Below are positions 1 through 13,286 of a DNA stretch of 64,000 nt, in pieces; position 1 is the stretch's first letter; every line of letters begins with the position of its first letter. A model generated the notes under the pieces. It was not told the origin of the DNA and made no database searches. It was given only the letters and a program-made list of their open reading frames with translations. The position numbers were made by a program, and so were the translations under genes. The stretch comes from Centroscyllium fabricii (lineage: Eukaryota). The stretch lies in NCBI GenBank assembly GCA_051313645.2, contig JBNRSN020000018.1, positions 18,538,001-18,602,000 on the forward strand. Reading direction: 5' to 3'.

Positions 1-580
1 TGTAATGATGTAGCTTCTGCAGCTTTTTTGGGCAGCATGTTCCATGGACCTACTACCCTCTGAGTGATGTAGTTTCTCCTCATCTCAGTTTTGAAAGAGC
101 AGCCCCTTATTCTAAGATTATGCCCCCTATCATAGAATCATAGAATCCCTACAGATAGAGGCCATTTCAGCCCATCGAGCCTGCACCGACACATATCCCA
201 CCCTATCCTCGTAACCCCACATATTTAATCCCCCTAACACTAAGGGTCAATTTATCATGGCCAATCAACCTAACCCGCACATCTTTGGACTGTGGGAGGA
301 AACCGGAGCACCCGGAGGAAACCCACACAGACATGGGGAGAATGTGCAAACTCCACACAGACAGTCACCCGAGGTCAGATTTGAACCCGGGCCCCGAGCG
401 CTGTGAGGCAACAGTGCTAACCACTATGCCACTAGTTCTAGTTTCACCCATCATTGGGAACATCCTCCCCACGTCCACCCGATCCAACCCCTTCACAATC
501 TTATATGTTTCAATAAGATCTCCCCTCATTCTTCTGAACTCCAATGAGCAGAGTCCCAATCTACTCAACCTCTCCTCATA
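1..580 (-). mobile_element. CR1-clade LINE 3' ORF2 fragment, interrupted by a SINE
   Basis: Minus-strand LGLCSLEFRRMRGDLIETYKI motif at 432-580; the LINE continues at 1-130 on the other side of the SINE. Confidence 0.8.
131..431 (-). mobile_element. tRNA-derived HE1/V-SINE-like element (tail type A)
   Basis: Reverse complement of GTGGCATAGTGGTTAGCAC...GGTTCAAATC head, V-domain core and (ATTCTATG)n tail; same family as 39782 and 52154. Confidence 0.85.
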
Positions 581-767
581 TGAAAAACAAACTAGAAACC
601 ATAAAAAAATGAAAAAAAAATTCTGCTGGAAATCATAGCAGGTCCGGCCGCATCTGTGTCAAGAGAACAAGCCAAATTCATTGTACTTGAAAACAAAATA
701 GAGGAATATGATTAAATCAACATCGGATTGACGTTTCTCAGATCTGACAATAAAGATAGAAGGGGGT

Positions 768-977
768 GGATTTGGGGAAACTGGTTCTTTAACTGAACAG
801 TGTCAGAACTGGGCAACAGTGTGGAGGAATTTGGGGAAACTGGTTCTTTAACCGAACAATATCAGAACTGGGCAACAGTGTGGAGGAATTTGGGAAACTG
901 GTTCTTTAACCGAACAATATCAGAACTGGGCAACAGTGTGGAGGAATTTGGGGAAACTGGTTCTTTAACTGAACAAT
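768..977. repeat. Tandem repeat, ~59-bp unit, ~3.5 copies
   Basis: TGGTTCTTTAAC recurs at 782, 841, 899 and 958. Confidence 0.9.
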
Positions 978-1560
978 TTCAATCTGGGTCAAGCTGGGAA
1001 TCCATGGAGTGCAGTGCACCGCCACCTGCCGGGCTTCGCCAGTATTGTAGCCTGGCCAGGTTAAAGCTGCAGCGACCACAGTGGGAGGGGAGGGGGGTGT
1101 TTGTAAACAGGCAAAAACATCAGGAGGAGGAGGAGGGGGGGAAAGCTCTCTGATCGGACTGTGTGTACAGTCAAGCAACGGAAAGATAAGCGGATCAGAG
1201 ATAAACAGACAACACGCCTTCGTTGTCTGACTGCCTGGATTGTAATCAGAGCCATCAGCAGAAGCATTCCATCTGGGCAGCACGACTTTGGATTTTCTGG
1301 ACAAAATTAGTGAACTGTTGGAGACCGTCATTTATTTTATTTCACACAATTAAACAACGAGCACATTTCGCTGCCCAGTTCAACGAATATGTGGCTTGGG
1401 CTTCGAAGTTACCGGGGGAATAGCTGATACATCTTTATGAGGATTCTTTAAATGTTTGTGGCTGAATGTCATTTTAAATGCACCACCGCTATATAGTGCT
1501 TAGAGCTAGAGGGATCGAGGGATATGGGGAGAAGGCAGGGACAGGGGCAGGGTGCTGGGT

Positions 1561-1990
1561 TTCAATTCAATTCAATTCAATTCAAGTGTTATTGTCATTG
1601 CAGAGTACTAGTACAATACAACGAGACGAAGACTCGACGCTCCTGAGAGTAGTGCAAATAAATTACATGCAAATTGCATACAGTAAAGTACATTTCAGGT
1701 GTGCAGGTACCGGAGTTTATTTTTAGAGTTCAGGAGGCTGACAGCCCTGGGGAAGAAGCTGTTCTTAAATCTAGTCGTGCGGGTGCGAATTGATCTGTAG
1801 CGTCTCCCGGAGGGCAGGGGGGCAAACAGACTGTGGCTGGGGTGTGTGGGGTCTTTAATAATGTTCTGAGACCTCCGTAGGCAGCGTTTGAGGTAGATGC
1901 TTTCCATTGACGGTAGCTGGGTGCCGGTGATTGGTTGGGCAGTTTTGACTACCCGCTGCAGGGTCTTCCGGTCCAAGATGGTGCAATCAT
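1561..1990 (-). mobile_element. Rex1/Babar-like LINE 3' end inserted in a CR1-type tail
   Basis: Minus ORF ...KDPTHPSHSLFAPLPSGRRYRSIRTRTTRFKNSFFPRAV; (TTGAA)n tail; host tail pieces at 1507-1560 and 1993-2066. Confidence 0.8.
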
Positions 1991-2065
1991 CTGATTTGGC
2001 TGATCAGCCATGATCTCATTGAATGGTGGAGCAGGCTCGAGGGGCCGAATGGCCTCCTCCTGCTC

Positions 2066-2347
2066 CGGGTGCTCCAGTTTCCTCCCACAGTCGAAAGATG
2101 TGCGGGTTAGGTTGATTGGCCAGGATAAATTGACCCTTAGTGTTAGGGGGATTGAATATGTGGAGTTACGGGGATAGGGTGGGATATGTGTCGGTGCAGG
2201 CTCCAGAGGGATATGGGGACAGGGCAGGGGCGGGGTGCTGGATTTGGATGATCAGCCATGATCTCATTGAATGGCGGAGCAGGCTCGAAGGGCCGAATGG
2301 CCTACTCCTGCTTCTATCTTCTATGTTTCTATCCTCTATGTTTCTCT
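2066..2347 (+). mobile_element. 5'-truncated HE1-like SINE (tail type B)
   Basis: GGGTGCTCCAGTTTCCTCCCACAG core followed by ...GGGCCGAATGGCCTACTCCTGC...TTCTATG tail. Confidence 0.8.
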
Positions 2348-4398
2348 GTTAAAGCAATTTTTAAACGTAAAAAAAAATAATGCTTTAATTGAATTCGTGG
2401 GAAGTTATATCATTCCCACATACTTCCAAAATTCTGCCCGAATGAACCTTTAGAGCTAAACTTTGCAGGCGTCTTTTTTTTTTATATCATCATTTTATTG
2501 AATTGGTTGATCCGGGGTTGGAGTCTGCCCCCCCCCCCCCCCCCTTTGTAACAGAAATCGTGTCTTATATTCAGGTATCAATTCATTAATCCAGCGCATT
2601 AACGATTATTGGGCTCCTTTGATATTCACCATGACACGCCCGAATGTCCCTTGATGGGTAACTGCAACAATATAGGGGCGTAAATTGGGACAATGAAAAG
2701 CTTCCACGTTTTCCGGAAAGATGTTTATGATACAGTTTCGTGACAAATTGCAATAGGAGGATTGGCCGCGCCTCCGTTTGCAATCATTTACAAAAGGGGA
2801 AGAAAAAAAAAACTATCATCAAACCAGGCAGCCGGTTATCTGGGAAAAAAAACCCCAGCCAAACAAACATATCTTGCTGCACTGTTATCTACTTGTTAAC
2901 AAAATGTTATCAGACCCCAGTAAACATCAGCATTGCTCCAAGAGCCTTTATCAGTAATGAAGTATTGGAAGCCCATCAATTAGTCGACTCGAGGGCGTTT
3001 ATTACATAAAATAGACCATCAGACGCATTTCTATAACCGGCTTATCAAAAGTTTTTTTGAAAAGAAAAAGAAAACGTGGCTGTAATCGGTTTGTTTATTA
3101 GCCCCGGAAATCTGACAGCGATATCATTTTAAAAAATAAGTTCGGGATCCAAGGATGAGAACAGGTCGCCCGTTCACCTCGGTCCAATTGCTGGAATTAA
3201 ATGAATAACTGAGAACGAACGGTGAAAAAATGAACCATACCTGAAATTATTTAAAATTTTATATTCATATGTACAAATAATCTCAATCAAGCGCGTTTCT
3301 TTGTTTGCTAACACGGTGTCAATGTTTCAGTAAATAAATGATTGGCAGTAACTGGCAGCGTTGAATATATATCTAATCAACACTGGCCGCTTATACCAGA
3401 TACCTGGAGGCAAATATACAGCAAGAATAGATTTATACACTTGTGTGTGTGTCTGTGCATCTTGTATTTCAAACTCCACCAGACACTGGGAAAGATAAGT
3501 CATTCTTTTTATATTGTATTGCAATATTACAGACTGGTACAACAGGTAATTAATTAAATGATTATGCTTAATTCCAGACTTTGATTCCAGACTCTAAGGC
3601 CAAACTATTAATTCGCTTGGAATAAACTGATCTCGATGCAGGAGCTTGCTAAATTGTTGCTTGTTTCCCCGTCTTAACAGGCTGTCATTCTTATTTATTG
3701 AAAAAAGATGCAACATTTATATTGAAAGGTTTGGTTTTTTTTTTAATGTGTGTGGCAGGGGGGGGGGAAAATAAAATCTGAAATGTAAACCTGTTCAGTG
3801 GCCGATGACTTTGGGCCGACCTTTTTGAAAATGGCCTATGCATGCGGAATAATGGTCTCCTTACAGACATGGAAATGGCTTAGTCCTATCGCTTTCTCCA
3901 TGGCAACCATCAAAGTCATAATCTAGCAGGGATAAATGAGTTATGAAAACGCAGAAGTGAAGACGGGATTAACCCGATCCGAGGTGCAGGATGTCAATCA
4001 GAAAGCCTTGCAAGAAGAAATAAATTGTCGCATTTGCTCCCCCCCACCCCCCACCCCACTAAATCGTATCATTTAAGTTAGTTATTTGGGGAAGGAGGCT
4101 CCTTGCGACCCCAAAGGTACAACTTTTGCACTTTCATCTATTTCTAAGGCTGAGTCTGTCTCTTTCTCTCCACTGGGTCCAACCCCTTCAAATATATCAC
4201 GTCAGCCTCTGAACGGCATTAACTCAAAATCTGCCCCTCAGATTTGCCGCTTGTTTCTTTCTTTCGGATTATTGAGATCGTTTGATGCTGGCGGGTTTTT
4301 AAAAATCGTGCCGGCTCTTTGGAGCCCATCGCGGCCCCCGACCGAGGGAGCCTCTCCGCTTAACCCTTCGAGCGCTGCGCTCATATCGCCTGCTCCAA

Positions 4399-4700
4399 TA
4401 TACAATACAATTCAATTTATTGTCATTGTAAAGTGAACATACACAAAACAACGAAATGCAAACATGCAATCTCCCAAATTATTAAAATGTCCTTTAGTCC
4501 CAGTCTGATCCATTCCATCCCACCAGGACCACCTGGCGCTGCAGCCACGATGCGCCCGGTGCCCGGCCACGCAGGCCCTGGCGCTCCGGCCACGACGGCC
4601 TCGTGACAGGGACAGGCTCTGAGTACCAGGGCAACAAGCCCAATATATCCAGAACACCCTGTACAGGTGAAGACAGCTCGCCATTCTCCCCATTATATAT
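4399..4700 (-). mobile_element. Short unclassified retroposon with a Rex-like AATGACAATAAA tail
   Basis: Starts TACAATACAATTCAATTTATTGTCATT (reverse tail) followed by a GC-rich body; 5' boundary uncertain. Confidence 0.4.
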
Positions 4701-4822
4701 ATATTCCTAATCCTGGATTTTGTTCGATTTTGAGCCAATATATTGCATTAAACGTCTACAGTTAGCTATTTTGTCATATGCTCCATATATTTCAATATCG
4801 TGTTATGTAATTAAATTTATGA

Positions 4823-5269
4823 AGAGTGAGAGGCGATCTTATGGAAACATATAAGATTGTGAGGGGGTTTGATCGGGTGGGTGCGGTGAGGATGTTTCCA
4901 CTGATGGGTGAGACTAGGACTAGGGGGCATAATCTGAGAATAAGGGGCTGCCCTTTCAAAACTGAGATGAGGAGGAACTTCTTCACTCAGAGGGTGGTGA
5001 GTCTGTGGAATTTGCTGCCTAAGAGAGCTGTGGAAGCTGCGACATTAAATACATTTAAAACAGAGATAGACGGTATCATAGAAGAATCATAGAATCCCTA
5101 CAGTGCAGATAGAGTTTCCCAGCTGATAAGGGAATAAGGGGTTACGGGGAGCGGGGAGGGAAGTGGACGTGAATCTAAGATCGGATCAGCCATGATCCTA
5201 TTGAATGGCGGAGCAGGCCCGAGGGGCCGTATGGCCGACTCCTGCTCCTACTTCTTATGTTCTTATGTT
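4823..5269 (+). mobile_element. CR1-clade LINE 3' fragment
   Basis: RGDLMETYKI...EMRRNFFTQRVVSLWNLLP, 3'UTR and (TTCTTATG)n tail; small inverted SINE-tail scrap at 5076-5112. Confidence 0.85.
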
Positions 5270-7190
5270 ATAATTTGTGCGTGTTTTGAGAACTGGCCAG
5301 GAAATTCAATATTGGAAAGGTCGCTTTTTCATTCTCGCCAAATGGACGCTCCGTATGTTTGGGGGTGCCAATGGTTGGGGCTATGGTATCTGTCTCCCCC
5401 CCCCCCCCCCCCCACCTTGATCCACCCCAAGTGCTTGACGCTTGGGGAGATTTCCTCCGTTATTCGCTGACTTAGTTCCCTTCGCTATAGAATGCTGTCA
5501 ACTTCAGCAATTCTGTGTCAAACCCTCTCCCGGTCTGGGACAGTCAGTCCACGGACCACCGCCCGAATCATTAAATACCATGTTAAACCATTTAAAGATA
5601 TTTTAACAAGACGTGGTGAATGTGTGTGTGCACATGTGAGTTCCTGCATTCCAGTTTAAAAAAAAGATCTAACGAAATGATGTACATGTGCGTTCCAGTA
5701 AAATTATGTCATAAATTTAATTACATAACAAGATATTGAAATATGTGAACCATATGACAAAGAGCTAACTGTATACGTTTATTGCAATATATTCTATATA
5801 TGTATTCAATTTAAAAAACTTCATTGGCATGACAGGATACATCCCTATGTTGCCAAAGTATAAAAACATAACATACATAGTTAAAATGCATAGATACAGA
5901 TACAGATATATTATATCTATGTAAGTACCTAAAACTTTGTGGTAAGGTTCATCGGAAAAAAATACTGCTTCTTTGTCAAGAATCCCATCGCATACTTCTA
6001 ACTTATTGCTCCCATGTCAATATACAAACTTTCCTCCCATAAACTACAACGCTGTCATTGATCAGCGGCTTGTATGTGCGCGTTTTGTCTCATTTGATGA
6101 CACCAATTGAAATTCTCAATAGTCTTTTAATTCGCAAAAAAGAAAAAGTGTTGAGTTTATATAGGCGGAATCCAACTGAACTCACAGAGAGAGAAAAGTT
6201 AAGTCAATGTGGTGACCCCTGGCCATTTGATATTGGGATCTTTGACACTCGCTGAGGACTTCGCAGCAGTCTGCAACACTCGGACAACTCATTGCTGTAA
6301 CCGAAGCCTTGTGAAATGAGGGCGATCAGTAGAATCTGATAGCTTCAAAGTTGGGCTCTGTAAAGAGTTGAAGACATCTTAGCTGTGTGGAAAGGCCGAT
6401 CACCAGCAAACCACCGACAGGATGTCGCCAGGCGGGGTGTAAACGCTAAACGACATTTATTTGTTCCAGTGATTGCAGTGAGAGCGAGTCCCTTTTCACA
6501 GGAGCCCCCGAATCTCCACAAACAGCCATTCACTAAGCCGCTTACAGACTCTCTAATAATACTTTAATGAATTGCCGAATGGAGCAAAACTGAAAGCAGC
6601 CTACATGGCTCAGACAGCAGCAAAAACAAATGTAAAAATCGCAGCATTGTTAGTCCTGCACTCACCACAGTATGGCATATTTAAAAAAAAAAAATGCGAT
6701 TTAACTTTTTTAAACTTAATCAATGATATATCCAATGAAGAACTTAAAGGTATATTTTAAATCACTGATAACAATTAGATTTATATGCGTTGTATTATTA
6801 AATATATGCAAGTATTCTAGTTTTATTAAATATAATTTACGTTCATATGAATCGTATTTCAAAATGATCAGGTAAAGAAAGATTAAATTACAATGAAAGA
6901 TTGACCTAGCTTTCTAATATACGCACTCCATACTTCACTATATATCCCATCAATACGATGGGATTTCCATAATATAAATCGGATTTCTAAAATTGTTTTC
7001 CCCTTTTCACTCCCGTGTGAATAGCATATTGTTCATATTTATGAAAGCAAACTTGAACGTCCCTGTGCAAGATATAAACTTTTACTGAAATGGCTAAGAT
7101 TGTATATAACCTGTCCCAGATATAAATGAACGCTGTGTAAAAATGACACTCCCCTGTTTATCACCACGGTTAACAATACACGAAGGAATA

Positions 7191-7366
7191 TTGCAAGAAG
7201 TCACACAACACCAGGTTATAGTCCAACAGTTTTATTTGAAATCACAAGCTTTCGGAGCGTTGCTCCGAAAGCTTGTGATTTCAAATAAAACTGTTGGACT
7301 ATAACCTGGTGTTGTGTGACTTCTTGCATTTGTCCACCCCAGTCCAACACCGGCACCTCCACATTA
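7191..7366. mobile_element. Penelope-like palindromic insertion (family A)
   Basis: Inverted arms centred near 7259; flanked by the GAA(G/A)GAATATTG duplication. Confidence 0.75.
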
Positions 7367-7861
7367 TGAAAGAATATTGGCGGTGGAGGTGAGCTTTTCC
7401 ATACGATTGGTATTCTAATGGAATTATCGCCCTAGTTTATTAAATAATCCGAGTCTAGGAGGACCCCCCCCCCCATCTCCTCTCCAGCTCTGCATGTCAG
7501 TTCCATAAAGGCAAAATCGACCAACCAGCGACCCCTGTGGAATCGGTGTGATTTAGAATCGGGTCTGTCAATAAATGGATTGTCACAATATGAGATTGTC
7601 TCCCCAAACAATCTGAGAATGGTTGGAGAGGTGGGTAGTGGGTGGGCGGGGGGCAACCAAACACAGGATGGGAGAAATTTAAAAAAGTTGAATTAAAAAG
7701 TTATGCTGCTGTTTCCATTCAAATGGGGGACAGTAATGTGTTCTTCTGTTAAAGCACTGAGCTTCCTGGCTGCTAAATATCTTTTTATCCCCAATTCCTC
7801 TCCCCACCCCCCCCCCCCCACCCCGTGACTTTAACACAACTATATTTAATATCAAATTAAC

Positions 7862-7997
7862 TTCTCTTTCACCTGAGGAAGGAGCTGCGCTCAGAAAGCT
7901 TGTGATTTCAAATCAAACTGTTGGACTATATAACCTGGTGGTTGTGTGACTTTGTGCATTTGTCCAGCCCAGTCCAACACCGGCACCTCCACATCAT
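7862..7997 (+). mobile_element. Penelope-like terminal repeat (family A) with hammerhead motif
   Basis: TCAC-CTGAGGA-AGGAGCTGCGCTCA-GAAA-GCTT-GTGA at 7869-7905, then the family body ending CACCTCCACATCAT. Confidence 0.75.
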
Positions 7998-9949
7998 ATA
8001 TTAATATTGGCCTGTCTGTGTTTGCATGAAATGACTTGACGTCGAGCAGTAGTTGCGGGCACGACCTGCCAAATCTCCTGAATCAGAGGCCAGCCTTGGA
8101 TTGCCAAACACCTCGCGGATGCTCCATGTAGATGAATTTGTCTCTCTGCACTTTATTCAAACACAATGAAGACTTTGCCATCTCAAAGATCAATTGCTTG
8201 GAAATAATTCTCACCGCGCTCTGCCTTTGTCTTAAGTACAAATAAGATCTCAAGTGTGAGGGGAAAGTGGGGGGCGGGGGGGTAGAGGCGGTGGGTGGAC
8301 GAGACGAGAGAGGCTGGGATTGAAAGCGGAGGCGAGGGGACCCAGAGGAAGATGTGCATCCAATCATTAACATTGCAAATATCATGCAAATCTATCACTG
8401 GCAAAGGGGGATGAAAATGCGGGTTAAATACGTGGAGCTAATTTAAAGAAAAACCTGCAATGATTATGTGGGAATAGATAATGTGTAAACATCTCTCCAG
8501 GATCGTATTTATATATACCGGGTGGGTGAATGTGTTTGTGTGTGGTTCTATGGTGATTCTGCTTCAGCATCACCTTGGAACCGCACAGACACCCAAACAT
8601 TAATGGAAATGGACAAGAATTCCTGAAGATGTTCATTGTTCCCTATTTTTTTGTTGTTGCCCCCCCCCTTCGTAAAGTCACTCGTGATGTTCGGGAAACC
8701 AGAACAGGGGACCTAAAATGTGGAGGGGGGGGGGGGGGGGTTGTCTCCGCGCAGATCAGATCTGCAAGCGCCACAACTAGAAACACGCAATTATTATGCA
8801 AATGCCAACGTTTAAATTTGCGTGGAGGTGCCGAAAATAAATGGCTAATTACGCAGAGGACGGGGTGATATAGGTTGTGCATCCCGATTGCTGTTGTTCT
8901 AGATTGCTTTACTGTTCAGCTTGAGCTTGGAGAGCGAACAGCGGCTTTTGTCTGCAAGGCCAATCAATCAGAGGAGAAATTCAGAACACGCGGTTTAAAA
9001 ATGTGTTTGTGGAAGAAAGCGGATACAGAGAGAGAGAGAAAAACCCGGAGACAGCATTTCTATAGGCGCTTGTCTCCCACATATGCAGTGCAAGGGGGGA
9101 AAACAGAGGTTCCTTAACAGGATCAATAGATTAACAAACAAAGAAACTGCCAAAGTGGCTGCCAATAATGCGACTGCAGACTTTTTTTTCCCCCCCTCTC
9201 TTCAATTTTTTTTTGGGTCAAAACCTATCTCGAGATGTTGCGTGTATTTTGACAATAATATGTTTCAGGATGATCGCCGGCGTCGTGCGAGATATATTTG
9301 CAAAAAAAAACACCCCAGCAAAGCAAGAATATACACACACAAGGCATCAAGATCATCCTCGTCCCATAATTAATCTTTTGCGCGGCTTGCTTTAGATTCG
9401 GGTGGTGTTTTAGGAATGTGAGAGTGTGATGATATTTGTGGAATGCTGAAAACCTCGCCTCCAAACCACCCGTTTAAACGGCTTGGCAATATAAACACCC
9501 GGGGAAAAGAAACTGTTTTGGAAGAATTGAGCTAACCCCTTTTTCCTAACAGGCAAAATTATTCGTGGGCGATCCAAACGCTTATGATAATTATCATTGT
9601 TTTAAAATAAATATTCCAGGCATGCGGTCTGAGGAAAATATCTGGCGGTGTTTTTTTGGGGAGGGGTAATGGGGAGGTGGGGGGGGGGGAGCGCGCAATT
9701 TCAGGTCGTTCTTGTTAATTTCAGGCTGGAAATTGACACACTAATTAAACAGCACTCGAACACTCAAAGGCAGCTTATTGGCCTTATCAGATCCACTATA
9801 TTTTCCCAATTAAAATCGAAAGGCATTGCCACTACCCCCTGGATGAAAAATAGGGGGCTTTACAACGGTGACCATCGCATTTTACATCAGATTCATTGTG
9901 ATGTATTAGATGCAATAAATTATCCAATGTAACAAAACACTGAAAGTTG

Positions 9950-10080
9950 AAAGGCTGATTATCTGTAGCGCAGAGATAAGGCTGCATTATTCCAGATCAT
10001 TATGAATCCGACGTTGGCGCTGACTCCTTTCTTAATCAGGCGTTCTTATCCTGGCTCCGTGAGCAGCACAGATAAGAACC
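9950..10080. promoter_or_regulatory. Candidate upstream GATA-site enhancer
   Basis: TATCTG-N8-AGATAA at 9960-9979, plus CTTATC near 10045 and AGATAAG near 10070. Confidence 0.4.
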
Positions 10081-12589
10081 AAGTAATTTATAATTCGCCA
10101 CCTTCACCAATATTTAAAAAGTCAGGCCAAGAACGCCATAAAAAAAAAACACTAACGCGGGCCCCAGATGAAAAATTGTTGGTATTAACACAATTTAATT
10201 AAATGTTCAGCCCATGCCTCAGAGAGAGAGAGAGAGAAGGGGAAAAAAGAATATTGACATAATTATTTTTTTTACTGTGACTGTCACAATTTTGGTTGCG
10301 AATCAGGGACATTCAGGCGGTATTAAGACCTCCTTTGATGAATCGGATGCCGAGGGTTTGATTACATCATTTGCCCGAAGATGACCACGGAATAAGATGT
10401 TAGATCGAGATACAACACCGCAGCGGATAGTATATCCCGGGAGTAATATCATTATTCCCATTCTATCTTTTTTTTGTACTCTGCTCGTCCCTGTTAAAAA
10501 ATCTTTGTTTTTTTTTACAAAATTGAGGGTGACCTGTCTCAATGATATTTTAAAGGCATTTCTACATTGGTGGGGTAGTTATGAATGAGCACCAATAATA
10601 ATTTCGTTACATTAAGAAGTTTCAAATTATTCTCAACAGCTCCCACTTGGCAGACCTGATCACCTTGCTCTCGTTTGCTGCATTTCATCGATTTAATAAG
10701 AAAATTACCACTGCTAATTACCTCATAGAGACAACCTTATTCTTACTTCGGCTTCCCAGATATGTCGGGACAGAAAACAAATGCCAATCATGCTGTGCCC
10801 CGACATGAATAATAATCTATTCTGGGGGGGTGGCGGGGGAGAGAACGATTCTCAAATAGTTTCAAAAATAAAGATAGAATTACATATTGAAATAAATCTC
10901 ATATGTAGTTACAGGTTATAAGTACATAATCTTAATCCATCCTTTTCGAGAAATATTACATTCGGATGTATTATTCTTCGAACATTTCGTTTTTATATCC
11001 CGTTTTAATATTAATCTGTATCAAACTATCTGAATGTGGGAGAGTGTGTTTCCGATTTCATTTCCTCTCCTGTGAGTCATGTAATGTCCATTGGAAACAC
11101 GCAAAATGTTTTTTAAAAACCAGATAAAAAGCAAACAAGACTGACGGATCAGTGGGCGTCTGTCACAACACAAAGGAGCGGGGTACCTGGTGTATTGGGT
11201 ACACAGCGAGTAAAATATTACTCAGATTAATATATGTCAACTGTTATCAGTCAGATCGCCCAAATTGGCTCCCCCCCCCCCCCCTCACCCCTCATATTGA
11301 GTTGGCAAAATAAATTATTTGACTGTCTCCTGCTTCTATCCGCAGTCCCTCAGCCCCTGCATTCAAACACTGGCCCTGTATTGTGTGCAGGATTTGGTCT
11401 CCAGTCGTTTTGATAAGGCTAATATCTCACCGATCAATTAAAACAAAAAACCCCGAAACTGCGATGCATAGAAAACGTGTCAAACGTATGCCAATCACAA
11501 GCAAGAAAATCATTCATGAAAAAAAATGGCACTAAATTAATTATATCTATTTAAAAAAACAATGCATATCGTTTTAATATCTATTGGTTTCGTAGTCGTG
11601 ACCTCTGGTTTAACTCCTCGTTTTGTGATTTCAATCTGGAAAAAAAAAGACACAACAATGTCGCTATAGTATAATAAATAATTATGTTGTATACATTGCT
11701 GCAGTTGCAAACAATAGGAATTGGATAGCGTGCTATTCTGCTCTAACGGAATCCGTCACTCTCTGCGTCACCTGCAATTGTTCATTATATTGAATGAATA
11801 TGGAGAGGGGGGAAGATGCTTTCTTCATCTTCTGCAATAAACCTAAAGTCGGTTTCATCCATGTCGGCCCGTGACTTCCTCGAAATTATTCCATTAACCA
11901 GCTGCAATTCGGTTCCTTCTTTCTGAATTTTATCATGCCTTGTTTGCTATTTAATTATCTTTAATTTATTAGCTTGATTGAATTCGCTTACCGAAGATAG
12001 AAATTGCAGCGATCAGTTTACACTTAACATACAAGGAGATACAATGGATGATATCCAAACTCCTTTCATCAGTCCAGTGGGCCTTTAATCAGTTTCCACT
12101 CGATTTCTTGCGCGCAGTTAGAAAATAAGAAATGTACAGAACGCAGGATGAGCAAAACGGGTCAAGAATTGTCACGGAGGGGGCTTTGATAGTTGGGGTG
12201 GGAGGGGGGTTAGGGTGGATATTACCAGTACCGGATTAAATTTATCATTATTCTAATCACACAAAGAGCGAGGTGGGGTGGGGGGGAAAAAAACACTTTT
12301 CTCAAATCCAGCTTTAATTTCGCGTGAGGAAAATTCTACTCTCGCTGTAACAAAATCTTCACTTTATTTTTGTTGCAAAGATACTATCTGTAACACTTCT
12401 GAAAGATTATCTTTGCATTAAAGGCATCGATTCGAATGCTCTACATTAGGAGCATCTCTTTCCCTGGACCCTCTGACGGATCCCAGCCCAGTGACCGTGG
12501 GACAGTCTGAAATAACTGAAAGGGTTTTTTTTTCTGTTATTTAAAAGTGTGATCGCCCTTCCGGCGCCTTGTTGTTATATGATTAATAA

Positions 12590-13286
12590 GAAAAGTTTGC
12601 GTGTGAAAATCCAGGTAAAATGATGCAACGACAAAACAAAAATTGGACCCGTTTATTCCATTCATTAGTTCAATGGGAGGGAACCCATCTTGAGGCAGAG
12701 TTAGTGAGAGCTGTGTGTGAGAGGCTGTGGAGATCTGGAGATTGTAATATAACAGTCATATTAGATTCTGTAAAACGATCAATAGAACCGGCAAAGGCTT
12801 TTTTATTTCTGGGCATTTCAAACATTTCTATATCGCATTCGGAAATTGCTTTGTTAAAAAAAAAAGCAACACCAAGTCATTTGCATCAGAGAGATTACTC
12901 CTCCCTGACATCACCACCGCGCTTATAAAACGGGCATGTTTGTTTGCTGTTCTCTCGACACGAATAAAAGCATTTTGAAAAGAAGATTTTAATCGTCTTG
13001 TGTCGATGGTCATTCCCTCTCCCTGACCTGTGAGCCACCTTAACAACCCGGAAGAGAACTGGAGAGGCTGGCTTTAGGCGAGCAGACAGGGAGGGCTGAA
13101 TGAAGGGGTTTCGCTGGTTGAAGTAACGAGCTGGGCTTTCAGAGCACATCGCTCGTCTGTCTGTCACTCTGCAATAACTTTTGGGAGAGAGAGAGAGCGA
13201 GAGAGAGAGAGAGAGAGATCAGGGGAAAAAAATCCAACCCCAGCGAGCTGCCAGCACCAGGTTCCTCCACAACAAGAGCCGAAGAG
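12590..13286 (+). promoter_or_regulatory. Candidate distal promoter and non-coding exon (exon 1a-like)
   Basis: ATTTGCAT at 12879, TATAAAA at 12924-12930, GA-repeat leader, donor GAG|GTCAGT at 13287; about 11 kb upstream of the proximal promoter, similar to the mammalian two-promoter layout. Confidence 0.45.

Noticed and set aside
800-1153. 117-aa ORF with internal repeats
   Set aside because: Produced by the 59-bp tandem repeat; non-ATG start and no splice or domain support.
7191-7366. Family A palindromes as DNA-transposon MITEs or miRNA genes
   Set aside because: Arms are unequal with variable centres, single-arm copies exist, and the duplications are long and variable, which fits retro-insertion with inversion; there is no evidence of miRNA processing.
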